A stretch of DNA of 64,000 nucleotides from Intoshia linei (taxonomy: Eukaryota; Animalia; Orthonectida). Under the pieces are notes generated by a model. That model saw only the letters and a list, made by a program, of their open reading frames with translations, made no database searches and was not told the DNA's origin. Shown in pieces: positions 52,097 to 64,000 of this stretch. The DNA lies in contig LWCA01000040.1 in the NCBI GenBank assembly GCA_001642005.1, positions 4,176-68,175 of the forward strand. The letters are read 5' to 3'. The translations under genes and the position numbers were made by a program. Numbering within the stretch: position 1 is the first letter of the stretch; each line of letters begins with the position of its first letter.

Positions 52097-55000
52097 ATGT
52101 CTGCACGTAGACTGATAAACTTTATACAAGATTATTCTAAAGAAGAGGCACGGGTTATTGAAATGACTACTAGTGATCCAAATAAAAAAATGAGTGCTGG
52201 AGATATTGAAGAGGTGGTTAGAGTTTGCCGAAATGAAGAAGTTAGTATAGACATCATGATGATTATTGATAAGAGGCTAAAGGTATCTTTATTTACAGGA
52301 ATAAGTTATAACTAATTTTATTTAATACGTTAAGACTGTCGCATTTATATGTCATTTATAATTTTGTTTTGATGCTAATCTCACAAGAAACCGTAGATTT
52401 ACTATATACAGATTGAGCGATATCTTCAAAATTTTCATTAATGTCTCAGTTTTCTATATAAGAGCTATTATCTAGCAAACAAATTATTTAAATGACCTAC
52501 AGGAAAGGGTAGCAAATAATTATAATTACAGATAAACTTAAATTGTTATCTGTACTATTTTACATAGAAGTAAATACTAAAACAAATTTACATTTAAAAT
52601 TTTTGATATAAAATTTAATTTTTTTCATCGTTGGTAGTTTTAAATGCAAATGAATATTTTAGTTTCAGGTCAATGTCATAAAAATAAGCATTAGTTATAG
52701 CGATAATACTATTATAATTGAAGGTTTCAGACCAGATATAATTATAGTTACGCAATATATCTACATTACCAACTAAGTTTGGGAAATAAATTCGATAATT
52801 TTTATTAACATTTAAAACTTTATTAGATTATATTAATTGTGTATTATTTTTAGAAGATTAATAAATTATTAAATTCATTTAACGAAATTTAATGAATATA
52901 CAAAAACTTCATAAATCTATGTAGGTTAATTATACGATAAGGCAGCGTTTCCCAAATGCTGGTTTGCCGAAATAATTTTAAAAAAAATAATTAATTACAA
53001 GTCAATTTATTACGTTTTTGATCAAATTTTTTTAATGTTGCCTAGTAATATCGATTTTACGGCCTGCGATAATTTTATAATTTATTACCGGTGCGCCGTG
53101 AAAAAATTGTGGAAATCCCTGCGATAAGACTAAGCATTATACCTTATGCATATGTATATGGAAATATTTATTTAACAATAAATTATTAGTAATAATAATA
53201 ATTTTTAATAATAATAAAAATTTTTTAACATAGCATACGGTTAGGAAACATTTGGATATACTACACAGAGCATCTTTTGCGAATTTTCATTTTTTTAAGG
53301 AAATATTTTCAGTGGCCTCGAGATTGGTAAGTTCGGCTGTGCATATAGATAAACCATGCAAAATTTTTAATAAACATTATATTAACATGTAAATAACCTA
53401 CCAGTAATGAATAATTTTAGAGCAAAGGAAAAAAATGGCTTAATGTAGTACGAGGATTGAAACTTTTGTATTATTTAATCTTACACGCAAATCCTCTTAT
53501 CCATGATCACTATGCAAATAATCTATACAAAATTCAAAATTTAATAAATTTTAACCACATGTATTCCAATGTAGACATTGGAAATCAGGTTAGAACCTGG
53601 GCTAGCAAGATAATTTTAATAATTACTGATAAAAAAAGGGAAGAAAAGGAATATATCAAATCAAAACAATATATTCATGCAAATGTAAATAATTTTATAC
53701 TATAAACTTATACACTTTGTACAATAATTAAAATTTTTAGAATGAAATGAGGCATACCCAATCAAATCACCATAATTCACAGGTTGATATTAATTATAAA
53801 ACTAAAAATAGAACCCAATCATTAAATTCAAATTTGAACGAATCAACAATAAATCAAGTGACTCACATGTACAATAACAATAATTCAAAATATCCTCAAA
53901 TTAATAAGGTATAAATATATCATTTTACGTTAATATTAGCAAACTATAATTCAGAGTGTAAAGAGAACAAGATCTATTGATACCAAATTTAATTCATATA
54001 TTGAAAGTAATGGTGCTAAAAAACAATCAGATAATTCCATTTATGACCTACCCTATGATTTAGATGTACAACAACGAAACATTCACAAAATTCCAAATAA
54101 TGAAGAATCTATTTTTGATATTGAAGCACAACAGCTAAATATGCACACGGAAGCCTCCCAATTAATTCAAAGAATCGATGAGGTACTATACTTAACCTTA
54201 ATTAGTGTCAATGTAATGAAATTTTAAACTTAATTGTTTCTACTTGGTTTATAAAATATCATTTTTTTAAACTTTAAAGTGTATGTTTATTTATACATAA
54301 TTTTATATTATAACTATTAATAGTTACACTGCTATGTACTCCATACCAACAGCAGCTAACTCTTCCTAGGGTTCAGCTATTTGTAAAAATACAATCTTGG
54401 GTTTTGGTTGTAAAAATCCTATTTTTTGAAGTTACCATTTATTATAATGTTTATGATTTATAAAATTTTAGGACATGTTTCATTTTTAAACATAGGGTAA
54501 TTTTATGGTTTTGACCATGAAGGTGTGCGTTTATGAGATTGAGATTTACGAAAATGTTAATGATTTTAAAACGCTTCACAGAATGTATGTTTTATTACAT
54601 TTTTGAGATAATTTTATTTTTAAACAAAAGGGCAAATTGGGTTTTTGACATTGAAGGACTCAAATTAAAAAATAGATATAAACACGCCCTGAGAAACACT
54701 GTATTAGACATTGAGTATTTTGAAATTTTGCGACTGTCAATTATTTAAATAAACGGAACATTCAATTTCATAAAGCTTAATAATTTTTTTAGGAGCAAAG
54801 ATTTAATAATGGTAAAGTTTATTAATATAAAATATAAAAAAAAATTATAAAACCTTAACAATCCAATTAGATTCTATGATAGAAGCACCAAAATTGGTCA
54901 GGAAAACAATATCGGAAAGTGATAATTATGAAAAATTGCCCGAAATTTACGATGTGTATGAAGAAGACTATAACCAACGAAATGAACGTATCAATTCATT

Positions 55001-55523
55001 CCATGAAACACTACCTGAAATGGAAAATGAATATGTTAAAGATTATAAGGACGAGATAAGAAGTTATAGTTCAGTCAATGAAATTTTACCTGAAATAAAC
55101 AATGTACATCAAGATTATATTGATAAAAGTGAAAATCAAAGTGACGATTTTTCTAGTGAAATAGAAAATGTATACTGTAAAAATGAAGAAATGAAAAATA
55201 AAAATAATGATTCATTAAATAAAAAATTACCTAATGTAGACACTACTCGTGACGATGAAAATAACGATTCCGTAAATGAAGAATTACCAAAAATAGACAA
55301 TGTACATGAATATGAACAAGAGTATTATCAAGAAAGTGAAGATAATGAAAAAAATGAAAATAATCAACCCGATCCAACACTTTATTCAACTTTGGATGAT
55401 AATATTGATGAAATAAAGAAATGTAAAAATTTTGAAAAACCTCCATCCAGTATAGAATCATCACGATATTCTATCGAGACTTTAGAATCAATGGAAAACG
55501 AATTATCAATCCTACCAAAATAG
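52097..55523 (+). CDS. ENTH-domain (epsin-like) protein with an acidic repetitive C-terminus
   Basis: MSARRLINFIQDYSKEEARVIEMTTSDP..IMMIIDKRLK|SKGKKWLNVVRGLKLLYYLILHA..DIGNQVRTWASKII aligns by eye to the epsin ENTH pattern (NYSEAE..IWKRLND.GKNWRHVYK..DQGVNVREKAKQL). The final exon overlaps ORF 54876-55523. Confidence 0.75.
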
Positions 55524-55624
55524 CCAAGTAATAAATCAAATCGTTCTTCAGATTCCAATTCTTATACTACTAAAGGCAATGATAAATATAAATATGCAAA
55601 ATTTTACTAAAACTTGTCAGTACA

Positions 55625-58600
55625 TTAATCTGATAAATATTCAAATTTGTTTCTTATTTTAGAACCAGTTTTGCCAACCTTTTTCTTTTTCTTACTTTTT
55701 TGATTCTCGTTATTACATTTTTCATCATCATTAATGACATTTTTAATTTTCGTGACATTATCAACCTTATCAGATTGATGAACAGTTTTAACCTCTTTAT
55801 TCTAAAATATTATTTACAACAATTTGATAAGTGGTTTACCTTATTGGGTTTTTTTGGGTTTTCGATTGGTACAGTACTGTTCACCTTTGAATTATCGATA
55901 TTACTCAAATCATACACTTCTATAATGTCGCTAATGCCACTAGAAGTACCTTTTCTGTCTTTTGTAGGTTTTATTGATATTACAGAAGCTAATGGTACAT
56001 TGCAACCGCATTTTCTTTTTTTTGATCTAATTTCAAATAGATAATATTACGAAATAAAACCAATTAATTAAATTAAAAATTTCATTAAAATAATACCCCA
56101 TAACCAAACCATCGCTGATATCACTATCCCAGCAAACCAATAAACGGGATCTGTTTATATCTTTATCATCTATAATTCAATTTAAAAGTATCATATTGGC
56201 GTACCTGCATAAATTCCAACCACTGTACCAGATAACCCCAAAGGGACACGAAAATCTACCCAAATGCATATAACTCGATCAAGTATGCAAAATTGGTCAT
56301 GTATTATATTTTCGTGTTGAGGTATAATCTAAACCTTTAATGAGATGAGATAATTCGCCATTTTAAAGAAATTTAGATAAAATTCAATAATATAATTATA
56401 AATTCAATATTTTTTTCATAGTTTTTCAGCATCTTCCGATTATAATCGGACAATAATAATAATTAATAAATATAATAATTATTATTTATAAAAAATGTAC
56501 GAGCTATACCCTTTACTACACAGTAGAATGAGACTATCTAGATCAGTGCTTCTCAAACTTTTTTGAGCATTCACCCCCTTTGACACATATTTTTGTTCTA
56601 TTCACCCCCAATAAAAACATTATTATGACATGTCATAATTGTATAAAATAACACAATTTAGAGTTATAAAATGTACTGAATTAATTAAAATTAGGTACAC
56701 ATGACGTCTTCACATGATCACATCATTTTAAATTTTCATTGTTTGTTTCAAGAATCATAAATAATGCATGGTATTTTCAATATTTTCATGAGAGTAAACA
56801 TGTTTAAATCTACGTTGTAGATTCTACTATAATTCAGATATAAAAAAATATAGTAATTGATATTACCATAATTTATTTATTGATAAGAACATCAATTAGA
56901 TGAGCAACTTTAAAAAAAAAATTTGATTTCGAAATTTGGTCTTTTCTTTTGGAATCAGCTAGAGAGATTTCTATATAAAGTTTTAATAAAATTGGATTTT
57001 TCAAAAAAATATTGGTAAAAGGGGATTATTTCCTTGAGGATTGGTAAAATTAGATTTTTAAAAAAAATATTGGTAAAAATGGATTTTTTCCTTAAGGGTT
57101 GGTAAAATTTTAGTTTTTTCACATATTTGACTAAATTGAATAAAATATGTTAAAAATTTATCATTTACCCACAATCATCTAAAATTTTAGTATTCACCCT
57201 CTCATAAAACTATTCACCCCTTGGGGGTACACAGTCACCCCCATGAAGCACTGATCTAGATAATAGTAGTTGATAAAATTAAAAATTAATTACTAAAAAC
57301 AATTCCGAAGGTAAAAATGATTGAGTATTTGATTTTTTTTTGGTCTAAAATAAACAAATACAACTTTAAATTTAATTAAAGATGGAGCTTTTCTACGAAT
57401 TACGAAATTGGTAGAAAAATACAATTTCAACAATTGACACATTAGTGCTTCCCACTATTTTACATTAATAGTCTAGACCAGGGTTTCCACATTTTTTCAT
57501 CGCGGTCCAGTAATTTACTATAAAATTTCCCGCGCCACTAAAATGAAATTAATACAATAATTTAAATTTAATAAATATTTTTACATAAAATATTTCAAAA
57601 AAAATTTCCGCTGACCGGTATTTGGGACCGCTAATCCAGACTATTTTATCAAAAAGAATTGTAATAATTTTTAAAAGCATTTTTAAATTTAAAAGTGATT
57701 TCAAAAATATGTAATTTCTATCACTAGCATTGTATTTTATTTAGTGGGGAAACAATAAACTACATGTACCTGTGTATAAATTTGTAATAAAAATTGGAAA
57801 TACACTGGCATTATTTTTAGCAACAATTCGCAATAGATTGTCAATTTGTTCGGTTGTTAAATTATCAGTAGTAAAAGAAACAGCACTAGGTGTATCTTTT
57901 GATTGCTTATGAAAGAAATCATTAAACTGCGATTTTATTGAATCATCTTTAAATATATCTGCAATTTTGTAATTTTTTTTATTTAAAATGGTGATAAGTT
58001 TTGGAAACCTATTAAAAATATAATCAAATAAATCATAAATTAGTACATATCACCGTCAGAATAGTGATATAATAATATCCTTTACTTATATAAAAATGAA
58101 TGTTTGTGTGTTACCATTTAATTAAAAAGTTAATTTAATTTAATCCTAGAATTTAAAAACACAATTTCTAATATATTTTTCGATAGTGGTAGCATATGAG
58201 GTAAATATCACTTTATAATGAGTGAAAATTTAAATGGAATGATTTATTAAATTTGTGCAATTTTCCGTTGGGCAAGTATTATTATCATGTTCATTATAAT
58301 TGAAGTTTTTCGATAAGAAAAGATAAAGCCAGGTGGGAACACCCATACACTTTTTTGTTAAGTGTTTCTCAAAAGGGGTCCACCGTTCAAGTAATGTATT
58401 ATTTCAGGAATTAATTAATATTATGATCCATTCTCTGTCATCTATTAAAAAAACGATAAATTTAAATTATATGCTACCATATTTATTTTTACATTGTTTA
58501 TTAGTTTCATTGGTATACTTTCAGGATATTACAAAATTATTATAGAAAATGTAATATTAAGGCTTTATTAAAAAATTATGACAAAAAAATAAACTATATT

Positions 58601-61600
58601 TTAAAATACATTCTCAAAAGGAATGCATCATAATTACGCCAATGTCGACTAAAAAAGTAATAACAGTACATGGTAATGTTCCGAAAATTAAAGTCTATCG
58701 AATGTGCGTACCAATAATGCGGTTAGAATTTAAAAACATGAGTTAATTATTAAAATATATAATTATTTGTGTTAAACCGCCCCAAGAAAAATGTAATATA
58801 TTCTAAAAAAAATAAATACACAAAGATTTAAGAAAATTTTGTGATTTTTGGTGTGCCAAATTATTATGCAAATGAATATGCAAACAATAATTTCATTGTT
58901 AATACGAATAAATAAATTTTTTTAAATATTTCAAAAATATAACCCATTGTATTTTAAACCAAATTCAAGCAACAAAAATGTAATTAAAGTTTACATATTA
59001 TCCCCTTTCCGGGATATTACAAGATAAAGTCGTTTATCTATGGATTTCGTGATGTTTTCAATTGTTTTTGCATCGATTGTTTTGATTTCTGTCAAAATTG
59101 CATGCCATATATCGTTTTTTGATTGGTATTGTTTATTCCCACTGTATATCTTTCTTTTAATTATGGACCATAGATTTTCAATACAATTAAGATCGGGAGA
59201 ATTTGGCGGCCAACACATTATTTTTGCTGAAAGATATTCTTTTGTATGACGGGATTCGTGACTTAAGGCATTATCATGCATAAAAGTGAAATTTTTAAGA
59301 AAGCTTTTTCCTCTTTTTTTTATCCACGAACAATCATTTTTTTAAAAATGCGCAGTATGTTTCAGAATTAATTTTGACTCAATCATCTAACTTAAAACGT
59401 CTAATAATAGTGCCTTTCACAATGCCTGCCCAAATCATTATACTCCCGCCCCTTGATGGCACCTTAAACGGTTTAGTGGTGATCTATTATTCACTAACCA
59501 ACCCTTACTCCACAAATCTGGCGCATCTAAAAATATTCTGGTTTCATCGATTAAAATTACATTTGAAAAATTTATCTTCATGTAATTTTTACCCCAGAAT
59601 AGTGATAATTCCTTGGTTTGGTGTCGTTTGATTAAACCTGGTTTACCTTTAGCATGCCTACTTTACCAACCGTTTTTAATATTCTGCATCTCGTAGTTTT
59701 GGGTATATCAGTTAATCCTGATGATTTAAATATCTCCAGAGAAGTGTTAAGAGGGTTTCGAACAATTTCTAGTTTAATATGGGATATATCTTTAACAGAT
59801 ACTCCTTTAAATGATCCCTTTGTCTTTCTTTTTCTCTTGTTGGAAGGGTTTTCTATATATCGACGGATTGTGCGATGATCGCGTTCTAAATTTGAAGCTA
59901 TTTCATTTATCGATGTTCTGTTATCCAACATTTTCAGGATTTTATCCTTTTCATCAACATTAAGTGATGTTGATTTACCCATAATTATCCTAAATTTTGA
60001 TTAGCATAATAATTTGGCACACTAAAAATTACCCAAAAATATAAAATGTTAAATAGAATGCTTTTTTGGAAACGTGATAAATTTTTTTGTAACAATAAAG
60101 TTGTATATGGTGATTGATTATATTATGATAAAAAAATTGATAGAATTTAGTGACTACTTTTAAAATTATTAATGTTTTTAATGTTTGCATAATAACTTGG
60201 AACGCAGTGTAATTTAAAATTAATATTGTCGCGTCATTTTATAAAATTCATTCCCAAAAAAACTGAACAACAATCATTATTTTTGAAATTACTGAACCGC
60301 CAGGTTTCTCAATAAATGGTTACACACACATATTTACACCACAATCAAATTCTCACTAATAAAACAGATTCTGACATAAATTCTAAAAAATACTAAAATA
60401 AAAACCTTTTTTGAAATAGTTTTATTTTACAGATGGCAGCTTCACTAAAGTATAAACTATGTCCATCTCCATGTTTGACAATCTTGACATAATCTACAGC
60501 ACATGTTCCTTGATAAATATTGTACCAATTAAAGCAATTCAATCTTGTTTTACAACCCTTTATATTGATAACGGAAGCAAGTGATTTTATAGTAGTAATA
60601 TTCATACCGACATTTTTAGCCACTTTAAATATTTCAACATGTGGTATATATTGAAGATTAGGCAATAGCGATAGAACCAGAGGTTCAGGGCGGACATTAA
60701 ATTTTAAAGTTATTTGGTACTGATTGCCTTTTTCCATTTTAAAAATTGTTCCCATTTGTCCATAAAATTCCTTGGATATTACAATAGCTTTGCTATTTAA
60801 TTTTAATACGTCTGACAATGCACAATCTTTAGATGTTTCCTGGATTTGTAAATTTTTATTAATGTCAATTTTTCGATGATTAAAGAAATCATTGTTCACA
60901 TGTGAGGTATCGACAGTTTGAATTAAATTTATAGGATAGAAGGCTTTTCGTCTTGCATCAAAAGTGTACCTTTTACGAACAGTACCGTCATTATTTAAAA
61001 CGTACTTATACCCAATTACAAAAAAGCATTCTACGAGTATATCTAAATCTTGCTCGATTTTTATACCAATATTGGACAATTTCTGGAATAGTTTCTTTTT
61101 ATTGTGAAGCCAAGTGGTATTAGATATAGATGAATGTTTATTGAAAAATATTTTGATATTTTCAACGTCATTTTTTTCATAAATAAATTCATAAACGCCA
61201 CTGTCATCGATAATTTTGTCTGGTACAGCCAATTTACAATAAGGCAAGCCAATCACACATTTCCCTTTGATATTTTCAACATAATGGTTCGTTTTCTCAT
61301 AGATTTTATTTAATTTAATAAACAAACTTTCACGCCTGGAAACAATACTATGTAGAAATACACCTTTCATAAATTTGACTCTAAAGTCAAGATTTGATAG
61401 TGTACTGTACCTTACAAGATTAAACGTATCAAAAAGGTTGAAACAAGGTGATTTAAGTGGAATTGTCTCTGGTAAGAGATTATCCTGTGTTGGCATCCAA
61501 TCATTTCTTAGTTTATAAATATTTGCATGAAGATTAATAGTGTTTTCCAAATCAGAATCAGAATTAGCATCAGTATCACCCTCAGAAACTATTCTGGTTT

Positions 61601-63413
61601 TGAAAGATTCTAAATTGACGTCATAGCATTGATCCGAATAAACAAAAAGCCATTCGAACCCTGGCACCATCCGGTTTTTTTCTTCGTCCGTCAAATTTTC
61701 CAGCAACTGATCGGCCAATTCCACCATTTTGACAGTGTCAACAAAGGGTATTTTTAATATAAATTTCCATTCCACAGTTTCCCCGTTTTCATCAACCTCG
61801 ACAGTTTTAGGGAAATACTTAATCAATGGACTATTTTTATCAGTCATTAAAGGTCTAAACGCTTCTGGTAACAAAGATGAATCTTGTGGTGGCAAAATCA
61901 ACATTAAATTATAAAATGGGTTTAAAGGCTTGTCCATATTAACATGTGTATCTAATTTTGTTAAATCGTATTTAATAATATCAGTCACAAAAGGAGCATA
62001 ATAATAAGGATAAAACCAAGTCCAACTTGAAAGCCCAAGAGTGTAATATTGATAAACCCACTGTATACCTATCAAATATTGCCTAATCATTTCTTGAACT
62101 TGTTCTTCCATTGTGATACCTTCCAAAATGCCTATTTTGTCTCTATAATAGCTTATTTTCCGTTGTTTGTACGCTTCTCCATCAATTTCATCTAAAGAAT
62201 GATTAGGATTGCGTTCTAAATTTGGTAAACCGTCCTCACACGTATCAATTTGTTTTAAATTCAAATTTTTGTTTTCGAAAAATTCCGAGGCTGTCGGAAT
62301 GTAATCAAGTTTTGAATCGGTTGACTCATGTACATCATTGCATATTAATTTCAACCCAATTTCATCTTCCCACGACATTTCCTCAAGTTCTATAAAAGTC
62401 AAATAAGATAAAAACTTTAAAAATCTTTTAAAATTGACACATTTTCCATCGCTCAAATAACCATCCATTAGCGGCACAACATCTGAATAAACCTTCCACA
62501 TGTCGACCAGATTATTGGATGTTATTTTAAAACAAGGTATTTGGTGTAAGAAATCATTTCCAATGACAAAATTCAATAAAATCCAATCATAATACAAATT
62601 ACTCTCATCAAACTCAAAACTTTTCGTTTGTTGCAGTACATTCTTAAAATTTTGAAACTCTAATATCAAATAATCTTTTAAAATTTGAATGTGTAAATAA
62701 TAAAATTTAGTCAGCGTTACATCGTCAGCAACCTCTTGATCCATACTGTTTGCAGTAAAATATATTTTTTCCCTTAATAAATATACTTTTGGCTGATTGG
62801 TACAAATTCCCAAAGATAACAAGTCGGCATCGTTTCCATAAATGGCATGGCTCGTATTTATATTATAATCGGATTGTTTAGTATACCATCGTATGAACTT
62901 CATAATTTTATGTTCCCCTTCACTAGGAACATCGTGTCCACTATAATAGAATTTAAGATGAGACCATCGTTTATTATTTGACATCAATTGAGCGATAAAT
63001 TTGAGCAAAAAACAGTGCAACTCTTCCATAAATTGAGTACCCGGGCTAATGCAATTTGACGAAAAACATTCCACGTCAGATTCCTCCACCTTTAATTTAT
63101 CCAATACACTTCTATATCGTCTAGTTCTCTGGTTGTTAATTTTTGATCTTGGAGCAACTCCATCTATAGCGATATATACTATATTTTTTGGTAGACAAGT
63201 TTCAATAATTAAGAGAATGTAATCGGATATAGCTTTAAAATAAATGTCATTGTTTTTTATTTCTGTATGGGTGTTTTTATGTGTACAATTGTGGATAATT
63301 CCATTAAAATCAATGTAAAGGTTGTCCAAGTGTATATTATCATCTTTGGATATAAGTTCCATGCATAAAGGATATCTTTCACTAATAAATCGGAAAAAAC
63401 CTGCTACACCCAT
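55625..63413 (-). CDS. XRN1: 5'-3' exoribonuclease 1 (exon 1 63413-60406, then exons at about 58008-57770, 56328-56205, 56170-56098, 56027-55840 and 55801-55625)
   Basis: MGVAGFFRFISERYP, DNLYIDFNGIIHNC, AIDGVAPRSKINNQRTRR, EGEHKIM, YGNDADL, GNDFL, WFYPYYYAPF. A downstream exon reads FCILDRVICIWVDFRVPLGLSGTVVGI, the XRN1-type SH3-like domain, which separates it from XRN2. Confidence 0.93.
56544..57253. mobile_element. hAT-type MITE in an XRN1 intron
   Basis: Termini CAGTGCTTC...GAAGCACTG, exact 8-bp TSD ATCTAGAT, subterminal ATTCACCCC repeats. Confidence 0.85.
58700..60209 (-). mobile_element. Tc1-family transposon (IR/DR type) with a decayed transposase, in XRN1 intron 1
   Basis: ORFs MGKSTSLNVDEKDKI..HTH (59982-59632) and MHDNALSH..WPPNSPDLNCIENLWS (59281-58991). 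Repeats TGCATAATAA(C/T)TTGG at about 60003-60022 and 60186-60200, with an inverse copy at 58853-58870. CAGTG|TA right end, left end eroded. Confidence 0.85.
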
Positions 63414-64000
63414 TTTTTATGTTAACAAATCAAATTAAATTAAAAAATTTTAAAATCAAAAATAAAATAAATTTATTATCGTTGAATAATTTTTGTAATT
63501 TAATTCCATACCAACTTTTTAAATTGTCGATTAATTCATATTTTTATGTCTGTGATATATGTTCATGATTATGATGATGATGATTATTTATGATATTTAA
63601 ACTTTAAATTTTAAAGTGTCCAGAAAAAATACGCACTGTCAATTTTAGTTTATTTCGTGTTAAAATTTAACTTAAATGTAAAACCAAAACTACTTATCTA
63701 TGATGAACAAAAATTTTCGGCTTAAAATTTATTCCAAATAAACTAAAAGTGATAGTACGTATTTTTAATGGCCATTACAGTCAAAATCTTATTTAACCCT
63801 TAGACACCGCATTACTCAGATATAAATAATTTGAAATTTCAATAATATTCTGTTTGTTTTATGAATGTTTTGTTTAACGAATTTTTGATTAACGAACGCG
63901 TAAATTCAATATTATTTGATTTTTTTAATAATTTTTTAAAATATTATTATGGTTTTATGGCTTTAAATATTAGATCGTCTCTTTTAAGAAGTCATGGAAT

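Overview
Very AT-rich eukaryotic (animal) DNA with short GT-AG introns (about 35-60 nt) and very small intergenic gaps. The larger introns are packed with transposon debris. The style resembles a reduced parasite genome such as an orthonectid, but the organism is only an inference. Genes I can support by splicing exons by hand, in order: the 5' part of a divergent glutamine synthetase (-), VWA3A (+), a DEG/ENaC channel (-), a signal peptide-VWA-collagen-TM protein (-), a coiled-coil/SH3 protein (-), one or two unidentified multi-exon genes (-), ARNT/tango (+), an ENTH-domain protein (+) and XRN1 (-). Mobile DNA includes two decayed IR/DR Tc1 elements, a Gypsy pol fragment whose integrase ends in a PHD finger, a hAT transposase remnant, several hAT MITEs with 8-bp TSDs, three solo LTRs and a dozen or more copies of a non-autonomous Helitron. 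The best leads are: (1) a membrane-anchored VWA-collagen gene ending 161 bp upstream of a co-oriented DEG/ENaC channel, with a possible in-frame, topology-compatible splice fusion; (2) solo LTRs carrying a tRNA-derived Pol III cassette; (3) a PHD-tipped Gypsy integrase followed by a gag-like ORF, all bracketed by DNA-transposon TIRs; (4) a glutamine synthetase that lacks the DGSS motif. All exon boundaries and homology calls are manual, and no database search was run.
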